Assembly: GCA_039586365.1 (NCBI GenBank)
Contig: JBDHKN010000114.1
Span: forward strand, 1 to 11,921
Reading direction: 5' to 3'
DNA from: Gemmatimonadota bacterium
Lineage (GTDB): Bacteria > Gemmatimonadota > Gemmatimonadetes > Gemmatimonadales > GWC2-71-9
Length of the DNA stretch: 11,921 bases
The notes beneath the pieces were generated by a model, which was not told the origin of the DNA, ran no database searches, and worked only from the letters and a program-made list of their open reading frames with translations. The position numbers and the translations under genes were made by a program. This document shows positions 7,786 to 11,921 of the stretch, piece after piece (within the stretch, counting starts at the first letter, position 1; every line of letters begins with the position of its first letter).

Positions 7786-8679
7786 TCAACGACCTACTTC
7801 GATTGCTTCGGAAGCCGGCACTCCGGCGTCGAGCTGGCTGTAGTCCAGCTCGCTGCCGCGCAGGCTGTGTGGTATCAGGTATACCACCATCATTACCAGC
7901 GCAGCCACCACGACGGTAACTCTCCCAGCAGCCTCACTCTTCCGCGCCTTGAATCCGATGACACAGCACGCGATGACCCATACAAGCCATAGAATCAGCG
8001 TCTTGTTGTCCGTGAGGTCATACCCAAATGGGAACCCGGTCCAATACTCGCCAAAAGAGAATTTCTGAACGATCGGACCGAGGATCATCCCGCCCACCGT
8101 CATAAATGCCAGAGTAATCCAGACCAGTGGACGCATCCCGCCGGGATCAAATAGTGCGGCGAAGGCTGCCCGTACACCTATCAGCATGGCAAAGAACATC
8201 AACAGCACGTGGGGCAGCAGAACTGATATTGGTGTGGGGTCCTTGAACCGGATGATGACGTTCTCTGCAGCGGTCTCCGGGATTCTCAGTTCTCCAGTCG
8301 GCAGGTTCAAGACGAGATAATACTCCAACTTGCCAGCTGCCGGTTGGGCTGGCAGCCGGGCTCCGAGTTCGCTGTTCTCCGCTACCAACTGGACAGATGT
8401 GAAGTCGTCTGTCGTGTTATACCGTTTGTAATGGAGACTCCCGGTGACATCCGAGCCGGGGTCGGGGACCGCAACAAGTGTATCGTGGGTGGAGTACGCG
8501 CTCCTGATCAGCCGGTACTTGTGAACCTGCCCGGCGGCTTCGAATTCCCCGCGCATTCTGTAGGTCGGGCCCGTCAGTCGCTGGTAGACGGCTGAGGATA
8601 GCATGAGCACCACAGCCAAGACCCACAGGCTCAGTCTAATCCAGCGGGGAGCACGATTCGTTTGTCTGATCTCGTTCAC
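7786..8679 (-). CDS. Uncharacterised integral membrane protein (N-terminal TM, soluble domain, four C-terminal TM helices); possibly a remote CcmC/CcsA-like heme-handling fold
   Basis: Long ORF with clear hydrophobic segments and motif-like stretches TGPTY, AGKLEY, PHV, GPIVQKFSFGEYWTGFPFGYDLTDNKT and IPHSLRGSELDY. Start placed at GTG 8679 behind GAGGTG rather than 8760. The function is inference only. Confidence 0.8.
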   Translation of the reverse strand: MNEIRQTNRAPRWIRLSLWVLAVVLMLSSAVYQRLTGPTYRMRGEFEAAGQVHKYRLIRSAYSTHDTLVAVPDPGSDVTGSLHYKRYNTTDDFTSVQLVAENSELGARLPAQPAAGKLEYYLVLNLPTGELRIPETAAENVIIRFKDPTPISVLLPHVLLMFFAMLIGVRAAFAALFDPGGMRPLVWITLAFMTVGGMILGPIVQKFSFGEYWTGFPFGYDLTDNKTLILWLVWVIACCVIGFKARKSEAAGRVTVVVAALVMMVVYLIPHSLRGSELDYSQLDAGVPASEAIEVGR

Positions 8680-8928
8680 GCGTCCATCACCTCGTGGTGT
8701 ATGACCTTGGATCATGGAGTGGCCTCGAAATGGCTGCCCAATCCTCCTGGTCCGCTTCACGACAATAAAGAAGTCTCACAACTCCCTTAAACGAAAAAAG
8801 CGGCTGAAATCTAATTGGTGCGCCACTCACCGTCAGGGCAGTTGGTATGGCCGATTGCGAGACCCCAGAACCGAATTGCCTGTCGGGGAACCACAGCGGT
8901 CAAAAGCTGCTCGCTGGTCCGGAACACC

Positions 8929-9675
8929 TCAACGGGTCTGCTCGAGTAACCTCTTTCGTCTGGTCTGGGGAAACCTCTCGATGGCATTCCTCAGGGCTGT
9001 CCGGGGAATGCCAGGGCCATGCCGCAAGAGGAACCGTTCCAGCCTGGGCATGTCGGTTCGTCCACACTCACGCAGCAGCCAACCACAAGCCTTGTGGATG
9101 AGGTCCTCCCGGTCAGAGAGCACAGCCTGCGCTGCAGAATATGACTGCTCCAGCAGGTCCCCCTTGCGGGCCAACGGGACGAACGTGACGAGCGCCGCGC
9201 GACGCAACCAGATGTCCGGCGACGAAGTCCACCGCATGACCTGGCCGGCCAGGTCGGGATAACGTATCAGTAGCGGCGTGATCAGCGTTGGAGCGAGACC
9301 GTCAGTTGTGGCCCAATTCGGGCAGCATCCGGCAGCAATCCATGAGTGCACGGTCTTGAGGAGCCCCCGCTCGAAGTCGTGCCGATATCTCCCCAACAGC
9401 AAGAACCCAACAGATTTCGCTTCCACGTGCGGATCCCTAACCATCAGATCACAGAAGGCAATCGCCTGTTCCACTGTCCACGCCTTCCGCACTTGCTGGG
9501 ACACCTCTTTCTCAATGCGACGCATAGCGCTACACTTGATTCCATAGAGGCTCACATCGTCACCTTCCTTGAAGAACGTGAGTCCCCGGCTAACGACCAG
9601 AGGATCGCCCAGCGTTTTCAGCCTGGCACGCGTCTTGGCGGCGAGCTGCTTGGGAGTCAGGACCTTAATGGGCAA
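8929..9675 (-). CDS. DNA alkylation repair protein (AlkD-like HEAT-repeat DNA glycosylase)
   Basis: NWATTDGLA, WLRRAAL, DLIHKACGWLLRE and PRTALRNAIERFP match the AlkD family Trp/Asp/Arg/Trp active-site motifs. The start is uncertain: the first ~68 aa of the 9879 ORF look non-coding, and TTG 9675 is my best guess. Confidence 0.88.
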   Translation of the reverse strand: MPIKVLTPKQLAAKTRARLKTLGDPLVVSRGLTFFKEGDDVSLYGIKCSAMRRIEKEVSQQVRKAWTVEQAIAFCDLMVRDPHVEAKSVGFLLLGRYRHDFERGLLKTVHSWIAAGCCPNWATTDGLAPTLITPLLIRYPDLAGQVMRWTSSPDIWLRRAALVTFVPLARKGDLLEQSYSAAQAVLSDREDLIHKACGWLLRECGRTDMPRLERFLLRHGPGIPRTALRNAIERFPQTRRKRLLEQTR

Positions 9676-9872
9676 TCCGTTGAGCAGGTTACGGGTTAAC
9701 AGTTTGGGGTAGTAGCGGTCTAATATACGAGAGGCTGAGGGGACGGAAGAACGACTTCGGTCAGCCGTCGTAGCAGGTTTCTTAAGAGACTGTAGCGCAA
9801 TGTCTTGCACAGTTTCTGCGGCCCCAACATGCCCCCTCGAATCTGGTTGGTGAGACGTCGAAGTGCTGGGGA

Positions 9873-9901
9873 GGAACAAATAGACGTCGAACGTTGTCTT
9901 A
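9873..9901 (+). promoter_or_regulatory. Candidate ECF (sigmaE/RpoE-type) promoter for the downstream gene
   Basis: GGAACAA (9873-9879), a 16-nt spacer, then GTCTTA (9896-9901). Compare the sigmaE consensus GGAACTT-N16-GTCAAA. It lies about 70 nt upstream of ATG 9973. Confidence 0.5.
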
Positions 9902-9972
9902 CTATACGGCCCGCCGTCCCGCTGCGCTGCGAGTCCCGCCGCGCTGGTTGCTCGAAATCTGGGAGATCCACA

Positions 9973-11921
9973 ATGGGGTTCGCAAACCGCACAACACTCA
10001 CTGCACTGTTGGCAGGAGCCGTCGGTTTCCTGGTCACCGCATCAGACGCTCAAGCTCAGTACTTCGGACGCAATAAGGTCCAATACGAGGACTTCGACTT
10101 CCTCGTGATGCAGACCGAGCACTTCGACATCCACTACTATCCCGAGGTCGAGGTTGAGTACGCGGCTCTCATGGCAGAGCGCTGGTACGATCGGCTTTCC
10201 CGCCTGCTCGACCACGAGCTTAACGGACGCCAGAAGCTCATTGTCTATGCAGCACACCCCCATTTCCAGCAGACCAACGCACTGGGCGGGCAGCTAGATG
10301 AGGGAACACAAGGTGTCACTGAGCTGCTCAAACGCCGCATCATCTTGCCCTATCTGGGTCCCTTAGCGGAAACCGACCATGTAATCGGCCACGAGCTGGT
10401 GCATGCCTTCCAATTCGATATCACAGGCGAGGGAGGCGGCACCTTGATCAGCGGTGTACCGGGGGCAGCACGCATGCCGCTCTGGTTTGTGGAAGGCATG
10501 GCCGAGTACCTCTCTGTCGGTCACGTTGATCCCGAGACGTCGATGTGGATGCGGGCGCTCGTAGCACAAGACGTCCCAGTCGACAAGCTGCTGAACGAGA
10601 ACTCGATGCATCCGTACCAGCATGGCCAGGCGTTGTGGGCGTACATAGCGGGCCGCTGGGGAGACGATGTCGTGGGCCGGCTCCTGAAGGCAGCGCGCAC
10701 CACCCCGAGCGCCGGTGCCGCTTTTCAGCGCGTGCTGCGAGTGCGCCCGGATGCGCTGATTGCCAATTGGCTAGAGGACACTCGGGCTAACTCCGAGCCT
10801 TTAGTTAGTCAGACCGAGAATCCTTTCCCCGCCGACGGGAGCGTTGCAGCGGGACCGGCAGCGATGTTTGGCGAAGGTTGGCCGTACGGCGACCCGATCC
10901 TCTCCAACCAATCCGGCAGCGGGAGATACAATGTATCGCCCGCATTGAGCCCCAATGGAGATCAGTTGGTTTTTCTCTCTGAGAAAGACCAGCTCTCCAT
11001 CGAGATGTTCTTGGCCAACGCCAGAACTGGACAGATCACCGATAAGATCGTCAAGATGGCTACCGACCCGCACTTTGAAGGGCTCCAGTTCATTCATTCG
11101 GCCGGAGCCTGGGATCGCACCGGGACTCGGCTTGCCTTTGCTGCAATCCGCAAGGGCCAACCCGCTCTGTCCATTCTGGACATGGAGCGTGGCAAGAGAG
11201 TGCGTGAAGAGGTATTCAAGGATCTTGGCGAGATTTTCAACCCTTCCTGGTCACCTGACGGTCGTTACATTGTCTTCTCAGCCATAGTGGGCGGGCTGTC
11301 AGATCTCTATATCTACGACCTGCAAGCTGGTAGCCTCCGCCGCCTCACGAACGATCCGTATGGTGACCTGCAGCCCGCGTGGTCACCAGACGGTAATTCG
11401 ATCGTGTTCGTCACGGAGCGCTACACTACAGGACTGACCAGCCTGATGCACGGCGCGTACACTCTGGCCCAGATTGATCCCTCCACCGGAGCTATCACCG
11501 AAGTCCACGCGTTCGATATCGGCAAGCACGTTAACCCCCAATGGTCGCCCGACGGTAACAGCCTTTACTTCATCAGTGACCAAAACGGAATCTCGAATGT
11601 ATACCGGAAGGACCTCGCGAGCGGGGAACTGTTCCAGATAACCAACCTGTTCACCGGAGTGGCAGGTATTACCCCGCTCAGTCCGGCACTGTCCGTTGCT
11701 ATCGAGTCCGGGGAGATGGCAGTAAGCGTGTTCCGGGGAACCGAGATCGAGGTGTTCCGCATCGACGACCCTGAAGAACTAGCTGGTGGCCCTGTAATCT
11801 ATTCCTACGAGGCAGTCGATCCCTCGATCCTACCTCCGGTGCGCCGCGCCACAAACGAGGTAGTGGCGCTGTTGGACAATCCTTTCTTTGGGCTGCCGCA
11901 GGACACCGTCTACTCGTCGGA
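9973..11921 (+). CDS. Secreted multidomain protein: gluzincin (MA clan) metallopeptidase-like domain plus TolB/PD40 beta-propeller; probably with a C-terminal BamA/TamA (Omp85) barrel beyond the window
   Basis: My translation from ATG 9973 (after GGGAGA) is open to the window end. Signal peptide ends AQA-QYFGRNKVQY. HELVH at 10390-10404 and PLWFVEGMAEY (Glu 10492-10494) are followed by PALSPNG, PSWSPDG, PAWSPDG and PQWSPDG repeats. The barrel is not visible here and is inferred from the usual architecture of this family. Absent from the ORF track. Confidence 0.88.
   Translation, partial: MGFANRTTLTALLAGAVGFLVTASDAQAQYFGRNKVQYEDFDFLVMQTEHFDIHYYPEVEVEYAALMAERWYDRLSRLLDHELNGRQKLIVYAAHPHFQQTNALGGQLDEGTQGVTELLKRRIILPYLGPLAETDHVIGHELVHAFQFDITGEGGGTLISGVPGAARMPLWFVEGMAEYLSVGHVDPETSMWMRALVAQDVPVDKLLNENSMHPYQHGQALWAYIAGRWGDDVVGRLLKAARTTPSAGAAFQRVLRVRPDALIANWLEDTRANSEPLVSQTENPFPADGSVAAGPAAMFGEGWPYGDPILSNQSGSGRYNVSPALSPNGDQLVFLSEKDQLSIEMFLANARTGQITDKIVKMATDPHFEGLQFIHSAGAWDRTGTRLAFAAIRKGQPALSILDMERGKRVREEVFKDLGEIFNPSWSPDGRYIVFSAIVGGLSDLYIYDLQAGSLRRLTNDPYGDLQPAWSPDGNSIVFVTERYTTGLTSLMHGAYTLAQIDPSTGAITEVHAFDIGKHVNPQWSPDGNSLYFISDQNGISNVYRKDLASGELFQITNLFTGVAGITPLSPALSVAIESGEMAVSVFRGTEIEVFRIDDPEELAGGPVIYSYEAVDPSILPPVRRATNEVVALLDNPFFGLPQDTVYSS

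Noticed and set aside
8810..8825. Minus-strand TGGCGCACCAATTAG as a sigma54 promoter
   Set aside because: The invariant -12 GC is missing (AG instead).
7339..9699. Longer plus-strand ORFs (7339-7992, 8714-9262, 9346-9699)
   Set aside because: Antisense to well-supported genes, with Arg/Ser-rich composition typical of shadow frames.
9790..9812. CTGT...ACAG as a LexA (SOS) box upstream of the repair gene
   Set aside because: The spacer is 15 nt, not the 8 nt of the proteobacterial CTGT-N8-ACAG box.
9676..9879. 68-aa N-terminal extension of the AlkD-like ORF
   Set aside because: Ser-rich and non-homologous in appearance. It overlaps the divergent promoter region, and a TATATT -10-like box (9722-9727, minus) lies inside it.
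11240..11560. Recurrent TGGTC(A/G)CCNGACGGT nucleotide repeats
   Set aside because: They encode the WSPDG motifs of PD40 repeats; not a CRISPR array or DNA-level repeat.

Overview
Bacterial chromosomal window, moderately GC-rich and gene-dense, with eight CDSs, most encoding exported or envelope proteins. In order: a window-truncated alkaline-phosphatase-fold gene (minus, missing from the ORF track), a thioredoxin/peroxiredoxin-like protein, two tandem secreted S9 (prolyl oligopeptidase family) peptidases, a convergent Tat-exported M24 Xaa-Pro peptidase, an uncharacterised membrane protein, an AlkD-type DNA alkylation repair glycosylase, and a window-truncated secreted gluzincin plus TolB/PD40 beta-propeller protein (plus, missing from the ORF track; probably ends in an Omp85-type barrel beyond the window). 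I found no RNA genes, mobile elements or CRISPR arrays. The strongest leads are: (i) the membrane protein has a CcmC/CcsA-like His / aromatic loop / His layout without any ccm or ccs context; (ii) the phosphatase has Zn-ligand histidines replaced; (iii) a sigmaE-like promoter lies in front of the metallopeptidase-propeller gene. Family comparisons are from my recollection of reference sequences, not from searches.
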